Source of the DNA: a virus
Lineage: Duplodnaviria; Caudoviricetes
IMG/VR virus record: IMGVR_UViG_3300046466_000088
Location: 1-57,240 of that record
Direction: 5' to 3' (one strand)
DNA length: 57,240 bases
The notes beneath the pieces were generated by a model that had not been told where the DNA came from, searched no databases, and saw only the letters and a program-made list of their open reading frames with translations. Made by a program: the position numbers and the translations under genes. Shown here one piece after another: positions 17,848 to 28,256 of this stretch. How positions within the stretch are numbered: the stretch's first letter is position 1; every line of letters starts with the position of its first letter.

Positions 17848-18144
17848 ATGACAAATTTAAGTACAGTAAGACATGTAACAACTTCAGCAGGAGACTTAAC
17901 AGCAGTCGCAGTTAGTTTTCCAACAAGAATTAGAGGTTTTAATGTTTTAAATTCAAAAAATGCAGTAGGTACATTTGAGATAAAAGATGGCTTAACAACA
18001 GGAGCTACTAAATCAAGAATTAAAATTAATATGGCAGCAGATGGTACATTAGACACTTATTTAGCAGATGAAGGTGTTAGATGCGAAACTGGTGTTGTGG
18101 TAAGTGCAAGTGTTAGTGTATATGCTACAATTTACTTTGGATAA
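17848..18144 (+). CDS. Small putative virion protein
   Basis: Beta-strand-like composition; follows the MCP. Confidence 0.6.
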   Translation: MTNLSTVRHVTTSAGDLTAVAVSFPTRIRGFNVLNSKNAVGTFEIKDGLTTGATKSRIKINMAADGTLDTYLADEGVRCETGVVVSASVSVYATIYFG

Positions 18145-18149
18145 ATGAA

Positions 18150-18455
18150 ATGGCTAGAAAAGCTAAAAAGAAATCTAAAGGAATGGGAATTAAGACTAGT
18201 GTAAAGTCAGGTAATTTTTTACCCACTAGCAAAGGTGCAGGTATGACAAAAAAGGGTGTTGCTGCTTATCGTAGAGCAAACCCAGGTTCTAAATTAAAGA
18301 CTGCAGTAACTGAATCAAAACCTACAGGGAAAAGAGCAAAGAGAAGAAAATCATTTTGTGCACGTTCAGCAGGACAAGCTAAGATGCATAACATAAGCTG
18401 TAAGAAAACTCCAAAGAAAAGAATTTGTGCAGCTCGTAGAAGGTGGAAATGTTAG
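18150..18455 (+). CDS. Small basic protein
   Basis: GMTKKGVAAYRRANPGSKLKTAV...RRKSFCAR...RRRWKC. Confidence 0.75.
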   Translation: MARKAKKKSKGMGIKTSVKSGNFLPTSKGAGMTKKGVAAYRRANPGSKLKTAVTESKPTGKRAKRRKSFCARSAGQAKMHNISCKKTPKKRICAARRRWKC

Positions 18456-19112
18456 ATGGCAAATTTTACAACTTTAACAACAGAGATAGTAAATACAACT
18501 GAGAATGATGCTCAAGAGTTCTTAGACCAAATACCTAACATTGTTAATAGAGCAGAGGAAAGATTAACAGATGAATTAGATGATTATGGTTTAGTAACTT
18601 ATACATCAGTAGCAGTATCATCAGGTAATAATATTGTTACCTTACCAACTGGTACAAGAATAGTAAAGAATTTTAATGTAGATATTAATGGAGAAAAGAC
18701 AAGTATATTAGTAAAGACTGATGAATATTTGAGAGATTACTGGTCAGTGTCAGCTTCAACAGGTGAGCCAAAGTATTATGCACATAAAGATAATACAACA
18801 ATAATGATTGCACCTACACCTTCATCAACAAGTAATGGTGAAGTAGTACATGTAACTAGACCAACAACATTAACGTCAGCTTCACCTGCTAATTATTTTA
18901 CACAGTTTTGTTATGACGCATTATTTAATGCCTGTATGGTAGAGTCGTACATCTTTATGAAGAACTTTCAGATTGTACCTATGTTTGAACAACGATACCA
19001 AACTTCAATACAGACTGTAAGAAACAGAGCCAGAAGATTTAGACGTGATGATATGACAAGACCTGCAAGTCCTGCAGGAGCAGATAACACAGTTATAGAT
19101 GGGAGTAACTAA
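18456..19112 (+). CDS. Head-tail adaptor-like protein
   Basis: AEERL, G.PKYYA, IAPTP motifs typical of adaptor (tail tubular A-like) proteins. Confidence 0.65.
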   Translation: MANFTTLTTEIVNTTENDAQEFLDQIPNIVNRAEERLTDELDDYGLVTYTSVAVSSGNNIVTLPTGTRIVKNFNVDINGEKTSILVKTDEYLRDYWSVSASTGEPKYYAHKDNTTIMIAPTPSSTSNGEVVHVTRPTTLTSASPANYFTQFCYDALFNACMVESYIFMKNFQIVPMFEQRYQTSIQTVRNRARRFRRDDMTRPASPAGADNTVIDGSN

Positions 19113-19573
19113 TGGTTATTAGTAGAAGTTCAATACCACAACAAATAATGAAACCTGGTGTAAAGAAAAAGAAAAAAAGTTTATACAGTAAAGCTAAAGA
19201 TAAGATAAAAAAATTAGACATAACTAAAAAAATGCCTGAGAGTTTAAAAAAAAATCCTATTCGTAAAGCTTTAAGTAAAGCTGCAAGATTTGGTTTAAGA
19301 ACTGCAACAGGAAGTAATCCATTAGGAATGGGTTTATTAGTTGGTAGTATGACACTTGATGAATATAATAAACCTGAAAATAAATTAAAAAGATTAAAAA
19401 GACAAAAAAAAGTTTTTAAAAAAAGAAGAACTGGGACTGATAGACAAAGAGCAAGACATGGCTCAGGAGTTCTTACTGCTGCTGAAGAAAGAGAACTAGA
19501 TAGAAAACAAAAAGAACTTGAAGAAGTTGTAAATAAATACATGGGTGGTTCATTAAATACAAGGAGAAAATAA
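19112..19573 (+). CDS. Lys-rich hypothetical protein
   Basis: ORF track; TAATG coupling. Confidence 0.65.
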   Translation: MVISRSSIPQQIMKPGVKKKKKSLYSKAKDKIKKLDITKKMPESLKKNPIRKALSKAARFGLRTATGSNPLGMGLLVGSMTLDEYNKPENKLKRLKRQKKVFKKRRTGTDRQRARHGSGVLTAAEERELDRKQKELEEVVNKYMGGSLNTRRK

Positions 19574-20073
19574 TGGTAAAAGAAGTAATTAAAAAAACAA
19601 TTGGAAAAAAATTTACACAATTAACTCCAGAACAAAGAAAAGAAATAGTTAATCAAGTTAAAAAGATTCCTGAGTTTGCAAAGAAAACTAAAGGTGAAAT
19701 AAGAAAAATACTTAATAAAGTTTTTACAAAACTACCTACAAGAAGACCTAAGAAAAATGAAAGAGAACCACTCTTTGACCCTTCAGATAGAATCTTAGCT
19801 AAAGATGGTGACGTTACTATGGTAAATAGACCTTCAAAACTTAAAGCTGACCCTGAAGCAATGGAAGCACTTGGTGGTTTTAAATTAGTTGGACCTAAAT
19901 CTGTAAAACAAAATCCTAAAACAGGTAAATTAGAAGAATCACTAGTAACAGGTCGTATGGATAAACCTTCTAGTGATATACCTGTATTTGATGTAGGTAA
20001 AGGTATGCCTCAAATGAATAAGGGTGGAAGAGTTCGTAGCTATCGTGGTTATGGAAAAGCAAGGAAAGGATAA
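19573..20073 (+). CDS. Lys-rich hypothetical protein
   Basis: ORF track; ends MNKGGRV...RGYGKARKG. Confidence 0.65.
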   Translation: MVKEVIKKTIGKKFTQLTPEQRKEIVNQVKKIPEFAKKTKGEIRKILNKVFTKLPTRRPKKNEREPLFDPSDRILAKDGDVTMVNRPSKLKADPEAMEALGGFKLVGPKSVKQNPKTGKLEESLVTGRMDKPSSDIPVFDVGKGMPQMNKGGRVRSYRGYGKARKG

Positions 20074-20077
20074 CTGT

Positions 20078-20923
20078 ATGATTATAAAAGGTGTAGGTAA
20101 AGTTACAGAAGCAATGTTTAAAGCTGCTTCTAAAAAAGCTAATAAACTTAAAAAGAAAAAAGATAAACTTGAAAAAGAATCAATTGTAACTGCAAAAAAA
20201 GACCCTGCAGTTATAGCTGAACTAAAAAAAATGAAACCAGGTTCAATGCCAGGTATTAAATCTGGAAGTAGAGAATCTGATGCTTTAAAAAATGTTTTGG
20301 GTCCAAAAGATTTTACATCTCAAAGTAGTAATACAAGAGGTTTACCAAGATTTACTGGACTACCTAGTAAAAAAGCAGCTTCATCTACAGCTTCTACTAA
20401 AAAATTAACTAAACAATTTGTTAAAAAAGAAAGAACTAAAAAAAGATTAATGGAATTAAATAGAAAAAAAAATCTAACTGAAGCTGAGAAGTTAGAGGAA
20501 AGAGGATTAAAAAAAGATTTTGGTTCAATTAAAAGTTTACAAAAAGAAACTTCAAAAATAAAAAATACTTTAAATAAAATAAAGAAAAAACTTCCACCAG
20601 GTGTTAGAGGTATGGCAGATTTTAGTCCTGAAGAATTAAAAAAAATTACTCAATCTCTTAACAAAAAATCTGGTCGTAGAGTTGGTGATAAAGAACGTAA
20701 AAATCTTAAAAGATTAAAAGTTGACCAAAGACCAAAAAAAAGAAAGCAACCAATTGACCCTAGAGATATATTTATAGAAGGACCTAGAACTACAGGTGGT
20801 AATAAAGGTGGTTCTAGAAAAGGTAAGGTTATTGAAAGTTTACCTACACCTAGAAGAGGAAATGGTAAACTAAGAGGTATGGGTAAAGCACTACGTGGTG
20901 GTGGTAAAGTAAGTAGAGGTTAA
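20078..20923 (+). CDS. Lys-rich hypothetical protein
   Basis: Likely start MIIKGV inside ORF 20024-20923; ends RGMGKALRGGGKV. Confidence 0.65.
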   Translation: MIIKGVGKVTEAMFKAASKKANKLKKKKDKLEKESIVTAKKDPAVIAELKKMKPGSMPGIKSGSRESDALKNVLGPKDFTSQSSNTRGLPRFTGLPSKKAASSTASTKKLTKQFVKKERTKKRLMELNRKKNLTEAEKLEERGLKKDFGSIKSLQKETSKIKNTLNKIKKKLPPGVRGMADFSPEELKKITQSLNKKSGRRVGDKERKNLKRLKVDQRPKKRKQPIDPRDIFIEGPRTTGGNKGGSRKGKVIESLPTPRRGNGKLRGMGKALRGGGKVSRG

Positions 20924-20927
20924 ATAA

Positions 20928-21611
20928 ATGGCAACTAATAATACGTCAGGCACTTATGACTTTAACTTAGAAATAGGTGACGTTATACAGGAAGCCACTG
21001 AGATGATTGGTGGTGAAGTAACTCTTGGTGAAGAACCTAGAAGTGCTAGACGTTCAATTAATCTTATTTTAAATGACTGGCAGAATAGAGGTGTTTGTTT
21101 ATGGACAACAAATACAACTATTGTGAGTATTGCTGCGAGTACATCTCAAGTAAGTTTAGGTAGTCATGTAAGTGACGTAATGCAAGTTGTTATTAATAGA
21201 GATAATACAGATTTAGAAATGACTCGTATATCGTTTGAAGAATATTTAAAAGTTCCTAATAAAGGACAAACAGGTAGACCTTCACAGTACGCAGTTAAAA
21301 GATTTGGTGATAATGTACAATTGCATCTATGGTCCTTATCAAATGTTAATACTGATAAACTAAAGATTGAAAAGATTGATTATATGCAGGACGTAAATAA
21401 ATCTGCAATACAAAATGCAGATATGCCTAGAAGATTTTTACCTGCATTAACAACTGGTCTAGCATATTATATGTCATTAAAAAGACCAGGGATAACTGAA
21501 GCAAGGGCAAAGTTTTTAAAAGCTGAGTACGAAGAAAGGCTTGGCTTTGCAATGACTGAAGATAAAGAACGTGCATCACTTTACATTACACCTAAGATGG
21601 GTGTAATATAA
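20928..21611 (+). CDS. Tail connector/adaptor protein
   Basis: SARRS.NL...W.NRG, GRPSQY, GLAYY motifs; position. Confidence 0.65.
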   Translation: MATNNTSGTYDFNLEIGDVIQEATEMIGGEVTLGEEPRSARRSINLILNDWQNRGVCLWTTNTTIVSIAASTSQVSLGSHVSDVMQVVINRDNTDLEMTRISFEEYLKVPNKGQTGRPSQYAVKRFGDNVQLHLWSLSNVNTDKLKIEKIDYMQDVNKSAIQNADMPRRFLPALTTGLAYYMSLKRPGITEARAKFLKAEYEERLGFAMTEDKERASLYITPKMGVI

Positions 21612-21901
21612 TGGCAGTAGGAAAAAGAGCCAAAGCAGTATGTGACGTATGTGGATTTGTATATCCTCATAATGTTATGAAGTTAAACTCTTATGGCTTA
21701 TTAGTTTGCCCTACTGATTTTGATGGTGCTTATGATGAAAAGAATCATCCACAAAATAAAGCACCTAATGTAAAAGATGACGAGACAATTAGAAACCCAA
21801 GACCTACACAAAGCGAAGCTTTTACAACTTGGGAAAATCAAAATACTAACTGGGAAGCAACTACCCAAGATTGGAACATAGTGAGTAATTTAGATGCCTG
21901 A
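21611..21901 (+). CDS. Small zinc-ribbon-like protein
   Basis: CDVCGF...GLLVCP..FD...HPQ. Confidence 0.65.
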   Translation: MAVGKRAKAVCDVCGFVYPHNVMKLNSYGLLVCPTDFDGAYDEKNHPQNKAPNVKDDETIRNPRPTQSEAFTTWENQNTNWEATTQDWNIVSNLDA

Positions 21902-23726
21902 TTTAACTGGACAAGAAATATCAAATTCGTATAAACGATTAATGCAAGTAAAGACTTCAGCTAATGAAGGAATTACGACTACTCTAAGGACTATTCAGTC
22001 AGGTGACAATGCAGACTCACCTTTACAACTCAACAACTCTACATTAAATGTTAATGGTACTTTTGCAATAGGTGGTGTAAATCTAACTGCAACTGTATCA
22101 TCTTTAAATGCAACTGCAGATATATCAGGTGGTGAAGGTTATGTAGTTGTATCAGGAACTAATGTTTACAAAAGAAGTTTTTCTGCAGGTAATGGTATTA
22201 CTATTACTAGTAATGATGGAGTTGCTAGTAATACAGGTATTGCCTTAACAAGTACAATAGCTAATATTCAAAGTTTTGCTGCTTCAGCAGTTTCAGCTAA
22301 TACATTAAATGTTACAGGAACTATGACAGTTTCTTCAATGAGTGTTACTGATTTTAATGCAGCTACTGTAAGTGCTACTTTATTAAAAGGTAATAATGCA
22401 ACAATTGTAAGTACAGTATCAGCAGGATTTTTTGTAGGTGATGGTTCAGGTTTAACAAATGTTCCTTCTGCTGAAGGTGGTACAGTAAATGCAGTAGTTG
22501 CAGGAACAGGTCTTAATGCAACTGTTAATGGTGCAACATCAACAACTGTAAATACAAGTGGTACTATAAATGTTAATCCTAATCAATCTTTTGGTACAGT
22601 TTCAGTTTCAACAGGTTTAGTTGTTCCACAAGGAGCAATAACTTTTTCAGTACCAGTGAGTGGTACTTCAGCAGTCTTTACAGGTAATGTATCAGCAGCA
22701 AATGTTTATGCAGGAACAAATGTATTTGTAGGTGGCACAGCAGTACCAACAGCAGCAAATGTAGCTGCAGTATCTGCATTAACTTCAGTTAATAAAGCTG
22801 ATATCGCTACAAATGTGGCAGCAATCACTTCAGCAAATACAGTCATAGCTGCAGTATCTGCATTAACATCTGTAAATAAAGCAGCTATAACATCTATAAA
22901 TGGTATTATAGGTGATGGTGGTAATTATGCAACGTCTGCTGAATTAGCTACAGTATCTGCAGCATTAGCAACAAGTATAGGTAATAGTAATACCAATATA
23001 GCTGCAGTTTCAGTTTTAACTTCAGTAAATAAAGCTGACATTGCAACAAATGTAGCAGCTATTACTTCAGCCAATACAGTAATAGGTGCAGTTTCTGTAC
23101 TTACAAAAACAAATTTAGATGCCATTACTTCAATCAATACAGTTGTAGGAAATGTTTCATCAACTCTTGCAACCTCTATAGCAAATTCAAATACTGCAAT
23201 AGCTGCAGTTTCAGTTTTAACTTCAGTAAATCTTGCAAGAATAGTTGCAACTTCAGCAGCATTAGCAACAAGTATTGGAACAAGATTACCTCTAGCAGGT
23301 GGTGCATTAACTGGAATACTTTCAGCAACTGATGTTATATGTAGTGGAGTGGGTGTAGATGTAGATGCCTTATTAGGTAAAGATGTAAGAATTGCAAAAG
23401 CTGCAGTAGCTGACATTGTAAGTTTAACTGATGGTGCAAATATATCAGTTGACTTTAACGCAGGTCAAAACTTTGCAGTACAGTTAGCAGGTAATAGAAC
23501 AATAGATAATCCTACAAATTGTGTCCCTGGACAAACAGGAAGTATATTTGTAATACAAGATGGAACTGGTAGTAGAACTTTATCATATGGGACTAATTAT
23601 AAGTTTCCTGGAGGGACTGCTCCAACTTTATCAACAGGTGCAAGTGCATGTGACAGAATTGACTACATTACGTTTACGTCAACAAACGTACATGCAGTAG
23701 CAACATTGAATGTGAGTACAGCTTAG
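21894..23726 (+). CDS. Tail fibre with repetitive coiled-coil stalk
   Basis: A/T/S/V-rich; GDGSGLT; AAVSALTSVNKA repeats; C-terminal QDGTGSRTL domain. Confidence 0.75.
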   Translation: MPDLTGQEISNSYKRLMQVKTSANEGITTTLRTIQSGDNADSPLQLNNSTLNVNGTFAIGGVNLTATVSSLNATADISGGEGYVVVSGTNVYKRSFSAGNGITITSNDGVASNTGIALTSTIANIQSFAASAVSANTLNVTGTMTVSSMSVTDFNAATVSATLLKGNNATIVSTVSAGFFVGDGSGLTNVPSAEGGTVNAVVAGTGLNATVNGATSTTVNTSGTINVNPNQSFGTVSVSTGLVVPQGAITFSVPVSGTSAVFTGNVSAANVYAGTNVFVGGTAVPTAANVAAVSALTSVNKADIATNVAAITSANTVIAAVSALTSVNKAAITSINGIIGDGGNYATSAELATVSAALATSIGNSNTNIAAVSVLTSVNKADIATNVAAITSANTVIGAVSVLTKTNLDAITSINTVVGNVSSTLATSIANSNTAIAAVSVLTSVNLARIVATSAALATSIGTRLPLAGGALTGILSATDVICSGVGVDVDALLGKDVRIAKAAVADIVSLTDGANISVDFNAGQNFAVQLAGNRTIDNPTNCVPGQTGSIFVIQDGTGSRTLSYGTNYKFPGGTAPTLSTGASACDRIDYITFTSTNVHAVATLNVSTA

Positions 23727-24022
23727 TGGTTAAAAGAATACCTAGAAAAAAAGGTCAACCTGCTAAAAGTAAAAAACACTCAGACTTATATACTGATGAA
23801 GACCCTAAAGGTACAATACATGGTTTGAAGTTTGCAACAGTAGCAGATGCACAAAGGTCAATACGAAAGATAAAAAATTCTACTCGTAAACATAATCATA
23901 AAACACAAGCAGCAATTGCAATGGAACAAAGAGCAAAAGTTGCAGGTAAAAATAAAGCAGCATTAGTTTATAGAAGATTTATTGAACAACAAAAAAGAAA
24001 GACAAAAACAAGGACAGCTTAA
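23726..24022 (+). CDS. Small basic protein
   Basis: HSDLYTDEDPKGTI.GLKF...MEQRA. Confidence 0.7.
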   Translation: MVKRIPRKKGQPAKSKKHSDLYTDEDPKGTIHGLKFATVADAQRSIRKIKNSTRKHNHKTQAAIAMEQRAKVAGKNKAALVYRRFIEQQKRKTKTRTA

Positions 24023-25461
24023 TGGCAGTATTTCAAAATAATTTATTAGCAGGTGCAGGTGCACAAAGTAGTGATAGTATCCATACAATAGACCAATCAA
24101 TTAGGTTTGATGATGCAGCTGAACATTTTATGTATAGTCCTACACCATCTAGTGGTAAAGATTTTTCTACAACCTGCACAATTTCACTTTGGTTTAAAAT
24201 TGCTAATCTAAAACAAGGTATTTTAGCTGGTTCTTTTTATGGTAGTAATGCACGATATAATTTAATACAGATAACTTCAGATGGTCAATTAAAAGAAAAC
24301 GATAGAGTAGGTGGAGCTTCAACAGCAACTGGAACTGGTGGTACATCTTGGATAACAACACGAGTCTTCAGAGACCCTTCAGCTTGGTATCACGCAGTGT
24401 TTGTATGGGATACAACAAATGCAGTTCAATCGGAACGATTCAGACTATATATTAATGGTGTAAGAGAAACAGACTTTGCAACTGCTCCATCCCTTGGTGC
24501 GAGTGAACTTGTTTATTGGTTTGGTAAAAGTTCTTATACTACTTTAGGTGCATACTTTAATGGCACTGGCTATGCAGACACTTTATATTTTGATGGATAT
24601 ATGGCTGAGATGCACGGAATAGATGGAACTGCACTTGACCAAGATAGCTTTGGCGAATTCAATAGTTCAGGTATTTGGATTCCGAAAGAATACACAGGAA
24701 GTCACGGAACAGATGGGTTTTATATAAAAGGTGCAGATGCAAGTGACTTAGGAATAAACAGTGCAGCTAATGGAAATGATTTTACATTAAATGCAATTAG
24801 TTCACATGACCAAGTTCCCGACTCACCTACGAATAATTTTTGTGTAATGAGTCCTATAGACCAGTCAGGATTTACATTAAGTGAGGGTAACTTAAAAACT
24901 GCATATGGGTCAAATAATTCAACTAGTGGAGTTAAAGGAACTGTTGGAATATCAACAGGTAAATGGTATTGGGAAGGTAGAAGAAATTCTGCAAATGTAT
25001 ATCATTGTCAAGTTGCAGTAGCTTCTTCTGAAGTGTCACCAACTAAATTACCCCCTTCAAATACACCTGACAATGGAGGGTCAACAGTAGGGTATTGGGG
25101 GACATCTCTTTATAAAGATGGTGTGGCAGTTCAAACAGTAGCTGCATCTGGAAATGGAGATATTATAGGTCTAGCTTTAGATTTAGATTCAAGTCCTAAC
25201 ACAGTTACATTTACAAAAAATGGTAGTGCTTTAGGCACAGCAGTTTCAGTAACAAGTGGTTTTACTTGGACACCTTGTGAAGGTACAAATCCAAGTGGTT
25301 ATACAGCATCAGTAAATACATCACATAATTTTGGACAAGATGGAACAATGGCAGGAAATATAACTGCTGGTGGTAATAGTGATGCAAATGGAATCGGTGA
25401 TTTTAAATATAGTGTACCAAGTGGTCATCTTTCGGTATGCACAAAGAATGTAGGGAGTTAA
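24022..25461 (+). CDS. Tail/receptor-binding protein with LamG-like and SPRY-like domains
   Basis: FRDPSAWYH, FDGYMAE, DSPTNNF, GKWYWE, GDIIGLALD. Confidence 0.75.
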   Translation: MAVFQNNLLAGAGAQSSDSIHTIDQSIRFDDAAEHFMYSPTPSSGKDFSTTCTISLWFKIANLKQGILAGSFYGSNARYNLIQITSDGQLKENDRVGGASTATGTGGTSWITTRVFRDPSAWYHAVFVWDTTNAVQSERFRLYINGVRETDFATAPSLGASELVYWFGKSSYTTLGAYFNGTGYADTLYFDGYMAEMHGIDGTALDQDSFGEFNSSGIWIPKEYTGSHGTDGFYIKGADASDLGINSAANGNDFTLNAISSHDQVPDSPTNNFCVMSPIDQSGFTLSEGNLKTAYGSNNSTSGVKGTVGISTGKWYWEGRRNSANVYHCQVAVASSEVSPTKLPPSNTPDNGGSTVGYWGTSLYKDGVAVQTVAASGNGDIIGLALDLDSSPNTVTFTKNGSALGTAVSVTSGFTWTPCEGTNPSGYTASVNTSHNFGQDGTMAGNITAGGNSDANGIGDFKYSVPSGHLSVCTKNVGS

Positions 25462-25462
25462 T

Positions 25463-28192
25463 ATGGCAGCACCAACAATAACAAACGGACAAGAACATTT
25501 CTTTCCGATAATCTACGAAGGCAACGGAGCTGGGCAACGAGTGGGTCGTTTTGTACCTTTTACTGACCAAGCTACTGTTGCTAATAGTTGTTTAATTCAA
25601 CCAGTTGCACAACGAAGACTTGGCAGAACACCAAGTTCAAATGGTAGTGGTACCATATTAACTTTCTCAGCTTGGGTTAAAAGAGGAAGACTTGGAAGTA
25701 TTAGTTCAATTTTTATTGCAAATGATTATGCTTCAGTTGGTGAAGCTTTAGAGTTTAACACCAGTAATCAACTAAATTATTATTGTATTAAAAGTTCTCC
25801 AGGTTCGTATGATTGGAATTACATCACAAATAGAACTTTTGAAGACACTAGCAAATGGTATCATATTATGGTGGCTAGAGATACTACTGATTCAACACAA
25901 GCTGATAGAGTACAAATTTACATTGATGGAGAAAAAGTTACAAGTTGGAATACAGAAACTCAGGCAGGTTCTAATCTAACAGGTTGGATGAATCAAACAA
26001 CTTATGAAAATAGTTTTGGTAATACTAATAATGCAAGTTATGTAAGAGGCATAGGTTATCTTGCAGAAATGAATATGATAGATGGTCAAGCATTATTACC
26101 AGCATCTTTTGGTATTACTGATACTTCAACTGGTAGATGGATTCCAAAAACTGTTGAACCTTTTCCTACAACCACAACTGATATTGCAGTTACTGTTGTA
26201 AGTAGTGGTGGTAATAAATATGCTTTAGATGGTGTAACTCAAGGCACAGTTACTTTAATTGAAGGTGCAACTTATAAGTTTGACCAAAGTGATTCTTCAA
26301 ATTCAGGACATCCATTAAGATTTTCTACAACTTCAGATGGTACACATGGTGGTGGTTCAGAATTTACAAGTGGAGTAACAACAGCAGGAACTCCAGGCTC
26401 ATCTGGTGCTTATACTCAAATAACAGTTCCAACAGGAACTGCAACATTATATTACTATTGTTCAGTACACTCTGGAATGGGAGGTACTGCAAATACTCAA
26501 GACCAATATGGCACAAATGGATTTAGATGTAAGTTCCAAGATAGTTCAGCACTTGGAGATGATACGAGTGGTAAAGGAAATGACCTAACTGCTACAGGAA
26601 TGTCCACTACAAACCAGACTACGGATAGTCCCACACAGAATCATGCGACATTAAGTCCACATAGTTTATATAAAAGTAGTAACTTTACATTATCAGAGGG
26701 TAATTTAAAGGCAACAAGTACATCAGCAGCAGGAACACATAGTGGTCAAGGTGGAATGAGAATACCTAATGGTGGTAAATATTATTGGGAATGTGAGATT
26801 GATGCTGGTAAAGATGGAATGGGAATAGGCATAATTCCAGCAGATACTCCAACGACATCAGCTAATCCTTCAACAGCAACACTTTACTTATCTAATGGCT
26901 CAATGAGAACGGATGGAAGTAATGCCATAAGTTATGGAAGTGGTGTTAGTAATGGTGATATAATGGGTTTTGCTTTAGATTTATCAAACCCAGCAAATGG
27001 TAAACTTTATGTATCTGTAAATGGAACTTATGAAAATAGTGGAAACCCTGTAACAGGAGCTAATCCTGCACCAGCAAATCCATTGATAGGAGACTTTAGA
27101 GTTATATATCAAGATGGTTCTAATGGATATACTCCAGTTTATATTTATAACTTTGGACAAAAAAGTTTTAACACAGCACCACCAACTGGATTTTCTGCTT
27201 TACAACAGGACAACCTACCAGAAACAGTTAAAGGCATAAGTGGATTAGTGTGGACAAAAAACCGAGATTCTACGGATAATCACATTTTGATGGATTCAAG
27301 TAGAGGTGCTGGTCAAAGACTTGAATCAACAGAAACTGGTGCACAAATATTAATAAACAATTCTTTAAATAAATTTTTAGCTGGTGGTCAGCAGATTGGT
27401 AGCTATGCTGATATGAATAGAAGTGGTAATTCTTTTGTAAGCTGGAACTGGGTAGCAAATGCAGGAACAACTGCAAGTAACACTGATGGTTCAGTTACAT
27501 CTACTGTTCAAGCTAATACGACTGCTGGATTTAGTATCGTGCAATTTACTGCACCTAGTGCAGGTAATTTTACAACAGGTCATGGACTATCTTCAACACC
27601 TGAATGGGTTATAGTTCGTATGGTAAATGCTACATCTAATTGGGCAGTTTATCATAAATCTGTATATGATGCTTCTGGTAACCAATTTAGTGCAAGTTTA
27701 AATAGTAATGCTGCTTACTCTGATTTAGGGTCAGCTATTTGGGGTGCTGGTATGACTTCAAGCACATTAGGATTAACTTCAGATGGTGTTGTAACTGCTG
27801 GAGCAGTTTCACTAGCTTATGCTTGGCACTCTGTAGATGGCTTTAGTAAATTTGGAAAATACACTGGAAACGGAAGCACAAATGGTCCGTTTGGGTACAC
27901 AGGATTTAGACCAGCTTGGTTTTTAGTAAAAAGAATTGATACAGCAAATGATTGGCAGTTATTTGATTCTGCAAGAAATCCATTTAATCCAGTAGACAGA
28001 AGACTTTATCCAAATTTAACTAATGTAGAGGCAGTTGGTAGTACATCAGATATTTTTGATTTTACAGCAAATGGATTTAAAGTTAGAGAAGATAATGCAG
28101 CTATTAATGCAAGTGGTGGAACATACATCTACATGGCATTTGCTGAACATCCATTTGTTGGAGATGGCACAAGTCCTGTAACTGCACGATAG
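25463..28192 (+). CDS. Large tail/receptor-binding protein (LamG-like, cupredoxin-like insert, SPRY-like, C-terminal repeats)
   Basis: FSAWVKR, WYHIMVA, GKYYWE, GFSIV, GFRPAW, YIYMAFAE. Confidence 0.75.
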   Translation: MAAPTITNGQEHFFPIIYEGNGAGQRVGRFVPFTDQATVANSCLIQPVAQRRLGRTPSSNGSGTILTFSAWVKRGRLGSISSIFIANDYASVGEALEFNTSNQLNYYCIKSSPGSYDWNYITNRTFEDTSKWYHIMVARDTTDSTQADRVQIYIDGEKVTSWNTETQAGSNLTGWMNQTTYENSFGNTNNASYVRGIGYLAEMNMIDGQALLPASFGITDTSTGRWIPKTVEPFPTTTTDIAVTVVSSGGNKYALDGVTQGTVTLIEGATYKFDQSDSSNSGHPLRFSTTSDGTHGGGSEFTSGVTTAGTPGSSGAYTQITVPTGTATLYYYCSVHSGMGGTANTQDQYGTNGFRCKFQDSSALGDDTSGKGNDLTATGMSTTNQTTDSPTQNHATLSPHSLYKSSNFTLSEGNLKATSTSAAGTHSGQGGMRIPNGGKYYWECEIDAGKDGMGIGIIPADTPTTSANPSTATLYLSNGSMRTDGSNAISYGSGVSNGDIMGFALDLSNPANGKLYVSVNGTYENSGNPVTGANPAPANPLIGDFRVIYQDGSNGYTPVYIYNFGQKSFNTAPPTGFSALQQDNLPETVKGISGLVWTKNRDSTDNHILMDSSRGAGQRLESTETGAQILINNSLNKFLAGGQQIGSYADMNRSGNSFVSWNWVANAGTTASNTDGSVTSTVQANTTAGFSIVQFTAPSAGNFTTGHGLSSTPEWVIVRMVNATSNWAVYHKSVYDASGNQFSASLNSNAAYSDLGSAIWGAGMTSSTLGLTSDGVVTAGAVSLAYAWHSVDGFSKFGKYTGNGSTNGPFGYTGFRPAWFLVKRIDTANDWQLFDSARNPFNPVDRRLYPNLTNVEAVGSTSDIFDFTANGFKVREDNAAINASGGTYIYMAFAEHPFVGDGTSPVTAR

Positions 28193-28194
28193 GG

Positions 28195-28223
28195 TTGTAT
28201 TTAAATAACTAATAGTTTATAAT
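28195..28223 (+). promoter_or_regulatory. Sigma70-type promoter
   Basis: TTGTAT-17 bp-TATAAT. Confidence 0.55.
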
Positions 28224-28256
28224 ATTAATTAACACAATAACATAAGGAGAAATATA

